Assembly: GCA_030648515.1 (NCBI GenBank)
Contig: JAUSHK010000005.1
Span: 162,895-226,894 of the forward strand
Length of the DNA stretch: 64,000 nt
Direction: 5' to 3'
DNA from: Candidatus Jorgensenbacteria bacterium
GTDB lineage: Bacteria > Patescibacteriota > Minisyncoccia > UBA6257 > GWB1-50-10
Below, in pieces: positions 10,446-20,096 of this stretch (its first letter is position 1; each line of letters begins with the position of its first letter). Both the position numbers and the translations under genes were made by a program. The notes under the pieces were generated by a model that was given only the letters and a program-made list of their open reading frames with translations, did not search any database and was not told the origin of the DNA.

Positions 10446-11753
10446 TTAGATTCCCCACAAACGAAACGAGCCGGAACTGCTTGTAGCATTTACATTGGAC
10501 GAGCTTGAGTAGTACTTGCTTGAGCCGGTGTAGAAACCGCTCGCATCAAGTCCGCTGGACCAATCCGTTTGCTGAAACGTCGCGTTTTTCCAGCGGGTTA
10601 CGAAACTCGCTAGCGCCGCTTGAAGCGTTGACGCTCCGTTATTCCATTCCACAGTTGCAGTTACTTTTTGTGTTGATGGATCATCGCTTGATCCGCCGGC
10701 GCACGGCGATACGCCGCTTATCGTACTTGATGAATCTGCTGTCCTGCACACATTTTCTACAGAAAACCACCGCGTGAAAATCCTATTGTTATAAAGGCGT
10801 TTTACATCATCTGCCGAGAAAGCGAGGTTATAGATACGGACGTCGTCAATGTAGCCGTTCCAATAAAAACCACTACTATGCCTGCCGATGTAGAGAGTGT
10901 CACTGTTACTTAACGAGCCGCTCTTTGCTGCTATGGTATTTATTAAATCCCCATCTACATACAACGCGGTGCCATTTGTCCTGTCGGCAGAAATGGCAAT
11001 GTTGTACCATATTCCAGTGCTTATTGCGCTACTTGTTGCGAGCGATGAATTCCCACTGCTTACTTCATATCCACCTTGAAATACGTTTGATGGACTAATG
11101 CATAATTGGTAGTTCGGGTATGCAGCCGCATTTTTTGTGATTATACAGTGGTATGCGCCGTCCAAGGCATTTGTATTTACCCATGCCGTTATTGTGAAAT
11201 CCCCGGTTGTGATGTTATTAGTGTTTTCCGCAGTTACATAGGCGTCTACGCCGTTAAAACTCAGACAGTTGCCGATCTTACACGTTGATGATGCCCGCGT
11301 TGGACTGTTCGTGAGAGTCCCATTATTGTTATTTCCCGTCGCGTCATACGTTGTTGTACTCGTTGAGGTGACATCCTCGTCAAATTTCCATTCGCCGACA
11401 AGCCCGTTTGTAACATCATTATCTAAAATGCCTTCTTTCCCCTGAACAACGAAAAGCCTAGAACTTGACGCATTCAAGTAATACTGCGTACTCGTTCCCT
11501 TTGTGAGTCCATATAAGTTTTGCCAACTCTCTCCGCTCCATGCGTTTACTTTATCAATAAGTTCCTGCCCTATGGTTGAAGCGGACTGATTCCGTTCAAT
11601 GCCGACGTTCGAACGCAAAACACTCGAAATCGCTATCGTCGCCCCGCCGATAATAATCGCTCCGACTGACAAACCAATAAGCACTTCAACGAGGGACTGG
11701 CCGACTCGATTAGTTAGTAGTGAGTAGTGAGTAGTGAGTAGTTTTTTAGACAT
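10446..11753 (-). CDS. type IV pilin-like (pseudopilin) protein with C-terminal LamG/concanavalin-like domain
   Basis: The leader MSKKLLTTHYSLLTNRVG is followed by a prepilin cleavage/methylation motif G|QSLVEVLIGL (Glu at +5). The C-terminal LamG-like region reads WNGYIDDVRIYNLAFSADDVKRLYNN. The ORF is open further upstream to 11810 (MSRRDIV...). Confidence 0.7.
   Translation of the reverse strand: MSKKLLTTHYSLLTNRVGQSLVEVLIGLSVGAIIIGGATIAISSVLRSNVGIERNQSASTIGQELIDKVNAWSGESWQNLYGLTKGTSTQYYLNASSSRLFVVQGKEGILDNDVTNGLVGEWKFDEDVTSTSTTTYDATGNNNNGTLTNSPTRASSTCKIGNCLSFNGVDAYVTAENTNNITTGDFTITAWVNTNALDGAYHCIITKNAAAYPNYQLCISPSNVFQGGYEVSSGNSSLATSSAISTGIWYNIAISADRTNGTALYVDGDLINTIAAKSGSLSNSDTLYIGRHSSGFYWNGYIDDVRIYNLAFSADDVKRLYNNRIFTRWFSVENVCRTADSSSTISGVSPCAGGSSDDPSTQKVTATVEWNNGASTLQAALASFVTRWKNATFQQTDWSSGLDASGFYTGSSKYYSSSSNVNATSSSGSFRLWGI
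11712..11743. repeat. 32-nt heptamer-array repeat R, copy 1 (AGTTAGT + 3x AGTGAGT)
   Basis: agttagtagtgagtagtgagtagtgagtagtt matches the copies at 44333 and 46161 at 31 of 32 positions. On the coding strand it is CTACTCA x3.5 and encodes LLTTHYSLLT. Confidence 0.9.
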
Positions 11754-11791
11754 ATGTAAATACGATAAGATTATTTTATCAGTTCTATCTA

Positions 11792-11829
11792 CTATGTCCC
11801 TTCTGGACATCTCCCATAGGGAGACAAAC
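11792..11829. repeat. double-hairpin element H, copy 1 (ctatGTCCCttctGGACatCTCCCataGGGAGacaaac)
   Basis: Two adjacent 4-5 bp hairpins. The second copy, in reverse-complement orientation, is at 44518..44555 (34 of 38 identical). The GGGAG-ATG-TCC core encodes MSRRDIV on the minus strand. Confidence 0.85.
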
Positions 11830-11848
11830 TACCAACTACAAACTTCAC
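11824..11848. repeat. inverted heptamer-array repeat R-prime, copy 1 (acaaactaccaactacaaacttcac)
   Basis: Shares the 17-mer actaccaactacaaact with 46618..46648. Its reverse complement is built of the same AGTNNGT heptamer units as R (AGTTTGT AGTTGGT AGTTTGT). Confidence 0.8.
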
Positions 11849-13020
11849 TTTAGGTCATTATACATGCTCAACACCTCCGCTGCGGTGAGCGCGCGTTTAT
11901 AGATGCGGACCTCGTCAATTGAACCACTGAAATAATCCGTTGATTGCGCCCCTATTGCCGTATACCCGCCAACAGTTTCAGTGTTTGCCTGCGCTAATGT
12001 ATTTGCGCTAAGCGTTTCTTCTGTTCCATCAAGATACAATTTTGGCGTTGTCGCATTTACCCCTATCACAGCGCAAATGTTATGCCAACTTGTATCAATC
12101 GCGGATGTTGATTTAGCATCGCCGTGCCCGGTATGACTGTACCAAAAATTGCCATCTGAAGTTACGGTAAAAATATATCCGTTTGCGGTATTGTCTATTC
12201 CTCCATAATTAATTCTTGTAGAAACTATTCCGCCACCCACGCCGGTGTTTCTTTTTACCCACGCACATATCGTTTTTGCATCGTTTGCGCCTGCGCCTGA
12301 ATTAGTTAGAGCGCTTACATAACTACTTACGCCGTCAAAACTCAGACACCCTCCAGCTTTGCAGCTTGAACCGGAAGCCCAGGTCGGACTATTTGTTGCC
12401 GTGCCATTATTACCCTGTCCTGAAGCGTCATATGTTGTTGTCGCCGTTCCTTCATCAAAATGCCAGTATCCTACCATTCCAGATTCAAAGCGCGTCGTAA
12501 CGCTGCCGCGCGTATTTACAATCACATCTCCCATAAACGCATCAGCGGCGCCGGTTACAATTGATACAATTTTTTTTGATGAAAGCGCGCCTGTTCGCGC
12601 CGCGAACGCTAGGTCAAGCGTACTTGAGGTGTACGGGTTTGAAAATCTTACATTGCGGGTTGAAAGCGCATATGTATTTGTGGTAGTTCCAGCACTAAAG
12701 CTTGTTCCTTGAAACACGTCGTAGATTTGCGAAGAAGTCGTATTGATAAAGTGGACTCCCCACGCGAGCCCGCTCTCCTGGGCTATTGAACGATTTTTTG
12801 CATCGTTTATCGCCGCGGAAAGTTCGCGAAGCGTGAGTTTTATGTTTTGGCTTCCTCCAAATCGCCCCATTACAGCCACGCCAGCAACTGTGAGTATCAC
12901 CATAAGCCCAATCACAATTAAGAGTTCAATGAGGGTGAAACCACCGCACGCCTTGAAGCGCGTTGGTATTAAGTATCTAGTATCATGTATCATGTATTTT
13001 TTCTGCGTATTTTTTTCCAT
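11845..13020 (-). CDS. type IV pilin-like protein with C-terminal LamG domain
   Basis: Classical G|FTLIELLIVIGLM prepilin motif after the leader MEKNTQKKYMIHDTRYLIPTRFKACGG. LamG-like C-terminus reads SGSIDEVRIYKRALTAAEVLSMYNDLK. Confidence 0.75.
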   Translation of the reverse strand: MEKNTQKKYMIHDTRYLIPTRFKACGGFTLIELLIVIGLMVILTVAGVAVMGRFGGSQNIKLTLRELSAAINDAKNRSIAQESGLAWGVHFINTTSSQIYDVFQGTSFSAGTTTNTYALSTRNVRFSNPYTSSTLDLAFAARTGALSSKKIVSIVTGAADAFMGDVIVNTRGSVTTRFESGMVGYWHFDEGTATTTYDASGQGNNGTATNSPTWASGSSCKAGGCLSFDGVSSYVSALTNSGAGANDAKTICAWVKRNTGVGGGIVSTRINYGGIDNTANGYIFTVTSDGNFWYSHTGHGDAKSTSAIDTSWHNICAVIGVNATTPKLYLDGTEETLSANTLAQANTETVGGYTAIGAQSTDYFSGSIDEVRIYKRALTAAEVLSMYNDLK

Positions 13021-13053
13021 ACTTAATACTTTATACTTGCTACCTGATACTTT
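12980..13053. repeat. heptamer tandem arrays at the 5' end of the pilin-like gene: (GTATCAT)x2.5 inside the leader codons and (ATACTTN)x3+1 just upstream
   Basis: gtatcatgtatcatgtat lies at 12980-12997 (coding strand ATACATGATACATGATAC, each unit carrying an ATG). atacttaatactttatacttg...atacttt lies at 13019-13053. Confidence 0.8.
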
Positions 13054-13054
13054 C

Positions 13055-14257
13055 TTAGAACTGCGTCGTGAGTTGGTAAATCGGGATGATAATTGCGAGC
13101 GCTATTACGCCGATTACTACACCAATAAAAAGCAACAACACTGGCTCTAAGAATGAAACGAGTGATTTTACAGAGCCATCAATCTCTTTCATGTAGAAAT
13201 CAGCAAGCGTAGAGAGCACTTCTTCAAGATGCCCGGCGCGTTCGGAGATTGCCACAAGGTTTGTCACCGCCTGCGGAAAATACGGCTCACGTTTAAACGC
13301 CTCACCGATAGTGAGCCCCTTTGCGAGGCCTTCCCGCGAGATGCGCATGAGCGCGATTTTCAAATCAACATTTCCAACGGCGTTTGCAGTGATTTCAATG
13401 GCTTCTGTTATCGGCATACCGGCGCGGATTAAGGAAGAGAGAACCGACGCAAACCGCTGAACGGCGATTTTCCGAACAATATCCCGAATTACCGGAATCT
13501 CATCCACTACGCTCGTTATGAACCTCTTAAACGCCATCGATGATTTGTAGAGATAGGTAATGAAACCAATCACAACAGCGAGCGTCCCGAATATGAGAAT
13601 GCTGTGGTCGCTTAAGAAAAGACCCGCTGTAAAAACAATTTTTGAAAAAAGCGGCGGTTCAAATCCTCCCTGCAAAAATACATTCGCAATTTTAGGCAGT
13701 GCGAACATAACCAAAAAAACAAGAATGGTGACCGACCCCACGAAGAGCAGTGCCGGGTAAATGAGCGCGCCCTTAATCTGGTCGTGCAGTTCTTTCTGCC
13801 GCGTGAGCATGCCCGTGAGATTATCAAAAACATTCTCAAGATTTCCAGAGGCCTCGCCCGCGCGAATCAGATTCGTGTATACCTGGCTGAACACTTTTGG
13901 GTGGCGCGCGAATGTCGTGTAAAACGGATTGCCTTGTTCAAGCGAAGAGCGTATCTCAAGTAAAATATTTTTAACGGCCGGCTTATTAAAATCCGCGATT
14001 AAAATATTTACCGCCTCCATAAGCCCGGTCCCAATCTTTAACATGAGTGTCATATACTTTGAAAGGAAAATCTGGTCTGTGATAGTCACCGTCCCGCTAA
14101 AAATAGAGCGCCGCATTGCGCTTTCCGTCGGCCGCACAGAAACCGGCCGTAGGCCATTTTTCGAAAGAAGCAGAAGAACTTCATTTACATCTTTAGCGTT
14201 AACCTCGTTCTCAATGATTCTTCCGTCCTCCTGCGAAGCAACGTATCTAAATTTCAT
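13055..14257 (-). CDS. pilC: type II secretion/type IV pilus platform protein (GspF/PilC family)
   Basis: 400 aa, polytopic, with duplicated GspF-type domains. Adjacent to the PilB ATPase. Confidence 0.85.
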   Translation of the reverse strand: MKFRYVASQEDGRIIENEVNAKDVNEVLLLLSKNGLRPVSVRPTESAMRRSIFSGTVTITDQIFLSKYMTLMLKIGTGLMEAVNILIADFNKPAVKNILLEIRSSLEQGNPFYTTFARHPKVFSQVYTNLIRAGEASGNLENVFDNLTGMLTRQKELHDQIKGALIYPALLFVGSVTILVFLVMFALPKIANVFLQGGFEPPLFSKIVFTAGLFLSDHSILIFGTLAVVIGFITYLYKSSMAFKRFITSVVDEIPVIRDIVRKIAVQRFASVLSSLIRAGMPITEAIEITANAVGNVDLKIALMRISREGLAKGLTIGEAFKREPYFPQAVTNLVAISERAGHLEEVLSTLADFYMKEIDGSVKSLVSFLEPVLLLFIGVVIGVIALAIIIPIYQLTTQF

Positions 14258-14323
14258 AGTAATTGGTAATTGGCTTTTATGTTATTTTCTCAAATTTAAT
14301 ATCTAATTACTAGCTGTTAACCG

Positions 14324-16045
14324 CTATTCCCTAATAACTCTAAATATCTCTTCAATCGTTGTAAGTCCGCGCTCAACTTTTTTAAGCCCATCCTCAAACA
14401 TCGTTGTCATCCCCTCGGCGCGCGCGAGCTTTCTCAAATTATCAAGATTGAATTCGCTGCTGATAATGAGTTTCCGTACGGCTTCCGAGATATTCATAAT
14501 TTCAAAAATTCCCATGCGTCCAAGAAAGCCCGTGCCGGCGCAGGCATCGCACCCCTTCCCGCGGTAAAATGTTTTTGTGAGGCGCACTGCTTTTGGATCA
14601 ACGTCCAAGTCGCGCAACTCGCGTTCTATCACGGTGTAAATCTGCGGATCCGGAGTGTATGACTCAATACACTCAAGACAGATTTTTCTGACAAGCCGCT
14701 GGGCGATAATGTCGTTTATAACCGCGGAAACAAGAAACGGTTGGACACCCATATCAATCAAACGCGGAATTACTGTTGGGGCATCGTTTGTGTGAACGCT
14801 TGAGAGCACGAGGTGGCCGGTAAGCGACGCCTGCACGGCAATGTTTGCTGTTTCTCCGTCGCGGATTTCACCGACCATAATAATATTCGGGTCCTGGCGG
14901 AGAATAGACCTAAGCCCTGAAGCAAACGTAATGCCGGCGGCAACGTTTACCTGCACCTGGTTTACATATCGCATATCGTATTCTATCGGGTCTTCGACGG
15001 TCACGATATTAACCTCCGGGCGGTTTAAAATGTTCATTATTGAATACAGCGTCGTCGTTTTACCGCATCCAGTAGGACCGCACGCAAGCACCATACCGTA
15101 TGTTTTCCCAACTGCTTCAAGGATAAGTTTTTGTCCATCGTCAAAAATGCCGAGCTCCGTGAGTGAAAGCGGTTTCTGCGCCGCCGAAAGAAGACGAAGC
15201 ACCATTTTTTCGCCGTAGAACGTCGGGATTACCGAAACGCGGATATCAACTTCCGTGCCGCCGATTTCGTAGCGAAAGCGGCCATCCTGCGGATGCGTGT
15301 GTTCGTCAATGCGCAAGCTTGAAAGAATTTTAATACGGGCGACAATCGCCGGATGAATCTCCTTTGGCATTCTGATAACTTCATGGAGAATGCCGTCAAC
15401 CCGATAGCGCACGAGAACGCCGTCTTCAAGAACTTCAAAATGAACGTCTGAAGCGCGCGAGGAAATTCCGTACGAGAGCAGGTTATCGACGATGGCGACA
15501 ATCGGAAGATCTTTCGCGCTTTCCTCGAGAGTCACTCCTCGCGCCTGAGCGCGAAGCGAATCCTGAATGCTATTTTCAATGACAGTTTTGAAATCCTGTG
15601 TGAGCCGCTCGCTATATAGCGAGAATCCTTTGTTTAAATCGTCTTCTGTCGCAAGATACGGTTCAATCTGCCCGCCAAGCTTAAGAGCTAGAAAATCAAC
15701 CGTCTCAAGATCAATCGGGTCTTCCATCGCCACCTTGAATTGCCCAGTTTCTTCATTTTTTCCAAACACAATCGCCCGCCGTTTCCTGGCAATATCTTCC
15801 GGAATCATGCGGAGCAACGCTTCGTCAATTTTTATAAAGCTTAGGTTTGCCTGCGGAACGCCGAGCGCTTTTGCGGTAAGTGTAAAAAAATAATCTTTAC
15901 TAATGAGCCCGCGCGCAATAAGAATCTCGGCAATGTTTTGCTGTTTCCGCTCTGCTTCTATGCGCATCGTTTCAAACGTCGACTCGTCAAAAATGCCGGC
16001 GCGCAAAAAGATGTCGCGGAGTTTCTCGGCAGGAAGGTTAATCAT
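14324..16045 (-). CDS. pilB: type IV pilus assembly ATPase (GspE/PilB family)
   Basis: 573 aa, Walker A LACGPTGCGKTTTLYS, C-terminal tetracysteine motif CLEC...CDAC. Confidence 0.9.
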   Translation of the reverse strand: MINLPAEKLRDIFLRAGIFDESTFETMRIEAERKQQNIAEILIARGLISKDYFFTLTAKALGVPQANLSFIKIDEALLRMIPEDIARKRRAIVFGKNEETGQFKVAMEDPIDLETVDFLALKLGGQIEPYLATEDDLNKGFSLYSERLTQDFKTVIENSIQDSLRAQARGVTLEESAKDLPIVAIVDNLLSYGISSRASDVHFEVLEDGVLVRYRVDGILHEVIRMPKEIHPAIVARIKILSSLRIDEHTHPQDGRFRYEIGGTEVDIRVSVIPTFYGEKMVLRLLSAAQKPLSLTELGIFDDGQKLILEAVGKTYGMVLACGPTGCGKTTTLYSIMNILNRPEVNIVTVEDPIEYDMRYVNQVQVNVAAGITFASGLRSILRQDPNIIMVGEIRDGETANIAVQASLTGHLVLSSVHTNDAPTVIPRLIDMGVQPFLVSAVINDIIAQRLVRKICLECIESYTPDPQIYTVIERELRDLDVDPKAVRLTKTFYRGKGCDACAGTGFLGRMGIFEIMNISEAVRKLIISSEFNLDNLRKLARAEGMTTMFEDGLKKVERGLTTIEEIFRVIRE

Positions 16046-16108
16046 TCAACTTTAAGTATAACAAAACTCCCCGCACTATTGCGGAGAGTTTTATTTTCGT
16101 TTCGTGTT

Positions 16109-16696
16109 TTATAAGCTTAACGAGTTTCCTACTTCATACCAATCATTATCTGTTCCGCCGTCTTTTGTATCTGATTCAACATCGGAACCGCCGCTTGTTT
16201 TATATTTTGTGCTTTCCATACTCGCATTAAGTTCATATTGTTCACTTGTATTACTTGCGAATACGTACATGCATATACTGAGAGTGTTAGTACATGTCGT
16301 TGCTCCGTTATTCGGATCCATCGGTAGTTTCGCGAGCGGGGACCCGGACGAAATACTAGTGAAATCTATCGGAACCCAACCGCCGCCGCTTACGACGGTC
16401 GAACTTGACTGAGTGCATGTCTGAGTCATACTCGCCGGTTTCGTAGCTCCGCTTGTGCATTTGCCTACTGCGGTAAATGCCGGATTCGCAACATCTGAGA
16501 GATAAAGCGCAATGGAGCTGTTGAGCGCCGCAAGATCAGAAATGCGCGTGGAATCGCGCGCTTGTTTGATAAGTTCAACTGGATTCAGAACTAACACAAC
16601 CGCGGTTGCTAAAACTGCAAGGATAGCAATAACAATAAGAAGTTCAATAAGAGTAAAACCCCGTTTTGCAGTAATTACGGCGCGTTCTTTTTTCAT
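16109..16696 (-). CDS. type IV pilin (prepilin-type N-terminal cleavage/methylation domain)
   Basis: MKKERAVITAKRG|FTLIELLIVIAILAVLA class III signal. 195 aa. Confidence 0.8.
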   Translation of the reverse strand: MKKERAVITAKRGFTLIELLIVIAILAVLATAVVLVLNPVELIKQARDSTRISDLAALNSSIALYLSDVANPAFTAVGKCTSGATKPASMTQTCTQSSSTVVSGGGWVPIDFTSISSGSPLAKLPMDPNNGATTCTNTLSICMYVFASNTSEQYELNASMESTKYKTSGGSDVESDTKDGGTDNDWYEVGNSLSL

Positions 16697-16787
16697 TGAT
16701 TACTTTTCTTTATATAAATAATATCACACTTCACCTAAAACGCCCAATCAAAACTATCCACACCCCTAGAAAAGAAAGCGGCTTGCT

Positions 16788-17168
16788 CTATCTCATCTGC
16801 AAGAGCAATTTCGCCTGTTCCACAAGATCCTCAATTGAAAGCCTCGCTTTCACAAAATACTGGACGGCTCCGAGTGATTGGCCTTTCGCTATATCACTAT
16901 CCTGCCCGAGATTTGAAACAATGATGACTGGCGCGCGCTCAAACTGCGGGTCAATTTTTAACTGTTCCAAAACTTCAAATCCGGAAATTTTCGGAAGTAT
17001 GATATCAAGCAAAATGAGATCCGGCTTAAATTCACGAAGTGTTGCAAGCGCTTCCTCGCCGTCGCGCTTCAACACAACATTAATACCTTCGCGCTCAAGC
17101 CGCTGTTTTAACAAGTTACCTAGGAGCGGCTCATCCTCTACAAGCAAGACATTTTTTTGTTCTGGCAT
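16788..17168 (-). CDS. single-domain response regulator (CheY-like receiver)
   Basis: MPEQKNVLLVEDEPLL...DLILLDIILPKISGFEV...VIIVSNLGQ are receiver-domain motifs. The ORF is open to 17201 (MQIKVLRYSHT). Confidence 0.75.
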   Translation of the reverse strand: MPEQKNVLLVEDEPLLGNLLKQRLEREGINVVLKRDGEEALATLREFKPDLILLDIILPKISGFEVLEQLKIDPQFERAPVIIVSNLGQDSDIAKGQSLGAVQYFVKARLSIEDLVEQAKLLLQMR

Positions 17169-17333
17169 AGTGTGACTATATCGCAAAACTTTTATTTGCA
17201 CAACACCAACGGATTCCGATTTAGAGATTAAAGATTTTTTTAGTTATCCCAGCGGGCCGAGACATAAAGGCTCATCGGCTAACACCTTAATTTTAAACTA
17301 TACAATTTTAAAAACTGTATAACGACGAATATA

Positions 17334-18826
<1,493 letters not shown>

Positions 18827-19084
18827 ATGAGCAACCGCGAACGCAAGGATCGTTGAAACAATCCGTGTGTCCGTGATTACTCTCGAATACATTGGGACAA
18901 CTAAAAAAATCCTAAATCCGCTTTAATGCGCGGCGCTGCAGCCGCACTATTAAAGCTATTCTCTTTTTAACGAACAGTCGCTCTCCAAAGAGCAACGTAA
19001 GGTCCATTATAAGCACAGCTCGGCAGGAGTCAAGGGGATGGATTTATTGACTATTTTGAGGAGCACGGCTATTATTACCCCACT

Positions 19085-19336
19085 ATGAAAAAAGATATCC
19101 ATCCCGCATACCATAAGAACGCAACGGTAAAATGCGCCTGCGGAGCGAAACATTCCCTTGGTTCAACATCTGAACATATGGAAGTTGAAATCTGCAGCGA
19201 GTGCCACCCGTTCTATACCGGCAAGCAAACACTCGTTGATACTGCCGGACGCATTGAACGTTTTAAGGCGCGCAAAGAAAAAGCAGTCACGCAACCAAAG
19301 GTTAAGAAAGCTCGTGTTTCAAAAAATAAGGAGTAG
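19085..19336 (+). CDS. rpmE: 50S ribosomal protein L31
   Basis: [10 protein letters not shown]...CxC...[12 protein letters not shown] zinc-ribbon L31 signature. Confidence 0.9.
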   Translation: MKKDIHPAYHKNATVKCACGAKHSLGSTSEHMEVEICSECHPFYTGKQTLVDTAGRIERFKARKEKAVTQPKVKKARVSKNKE

Positions 19337-19354
19337 TCCTCAAACGTATCCACT

Positions 19355-20017
19355 ATGGAACTTCATCTTTCACCAAGAACTGTCCTTGGAAAAAAAGTAA
19401 AACGCATTCGCGCGGAAGGCATTGTCCCAGGAGAACTTTATGGGCACGGCACCTCAAACCGCCATGTAAGCGTAAATAATAAGGAGTTTTTGAAAGTTTA
19501 TCGAGCATCAGGCGAGAACACTATTGTAACCGCCGACATTGAAGGAAATGGGAAAGCCCCTGTTCTTATTTCCCACGTTGACCGTGACGCAATTTCCGGC
19601 GCTATTTTATCCATTGATTTTCACCAAATCAGAATGGACGAAAAAATCACCACTCAGGTTCCTATCGCGTTTCATGGCGAATCGCCTGCTACAAAAGCCG
19701 GCCTTGTGGTGATTAAAGTGCTGCACGAAATCAATATTGAATCGCTTCCGGGAAATATCCCGCATGAGTTTCGTGTGTCTCTCGAGAAGCTTGAGAAAAC
19801 CGGCGACAGCATCGCGGTACAAGACATTCCCGTACCGAACGGCGTAAAGATTTTAACGTCGGCTGACATGACTGTTGTGACGGTCCAGGAAAAAACGAGG
19901 GAGGAAGTACAGGCACCAGCGGCTGTTCCAATCGCGACAGAGACGACAACAGCTGAAACAAAAGCTGAAACCGCGCCGACCGCGAAAGCATCTGAACAGA
20001 AAACCGAGAAAAAATAG
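19355..20017 (+). CDS. rplY: 50S ribosomal protein L25 / general stress protein Ctc
   Basis: N-terminal L25 fold (RTVLGKKVKRIRAEGIVPGELYGHG), acidic C-terminal tail. Confidence 0.85.
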   Translation: MELHLSPRTVLGKKVKRIRAEGIVPGELYGHGTSNRHVSVNNKEFLKVYRASGENTIVTADIEGNGKAPVLISHVDRDAISGAILSIDFHQIRMDEKITTQVPIAFHGESPATKAGLVVIKVLHEINIESLPGNIPHEFRVSLEKLEKTGDSIAVQDIPVPNGVKILTSADMTVVTVQEKTREEVQAPAAVPIATETTTAETKAETAPTAKASEQKTEKK

Positions 20018-20096
20018 CGCGAGTTTGTCGCGCGCATTCCCCGGCCCCACGGGGAATTTTTGTTTCTAACGTTCTCCTTGTATACTTATACTATAC

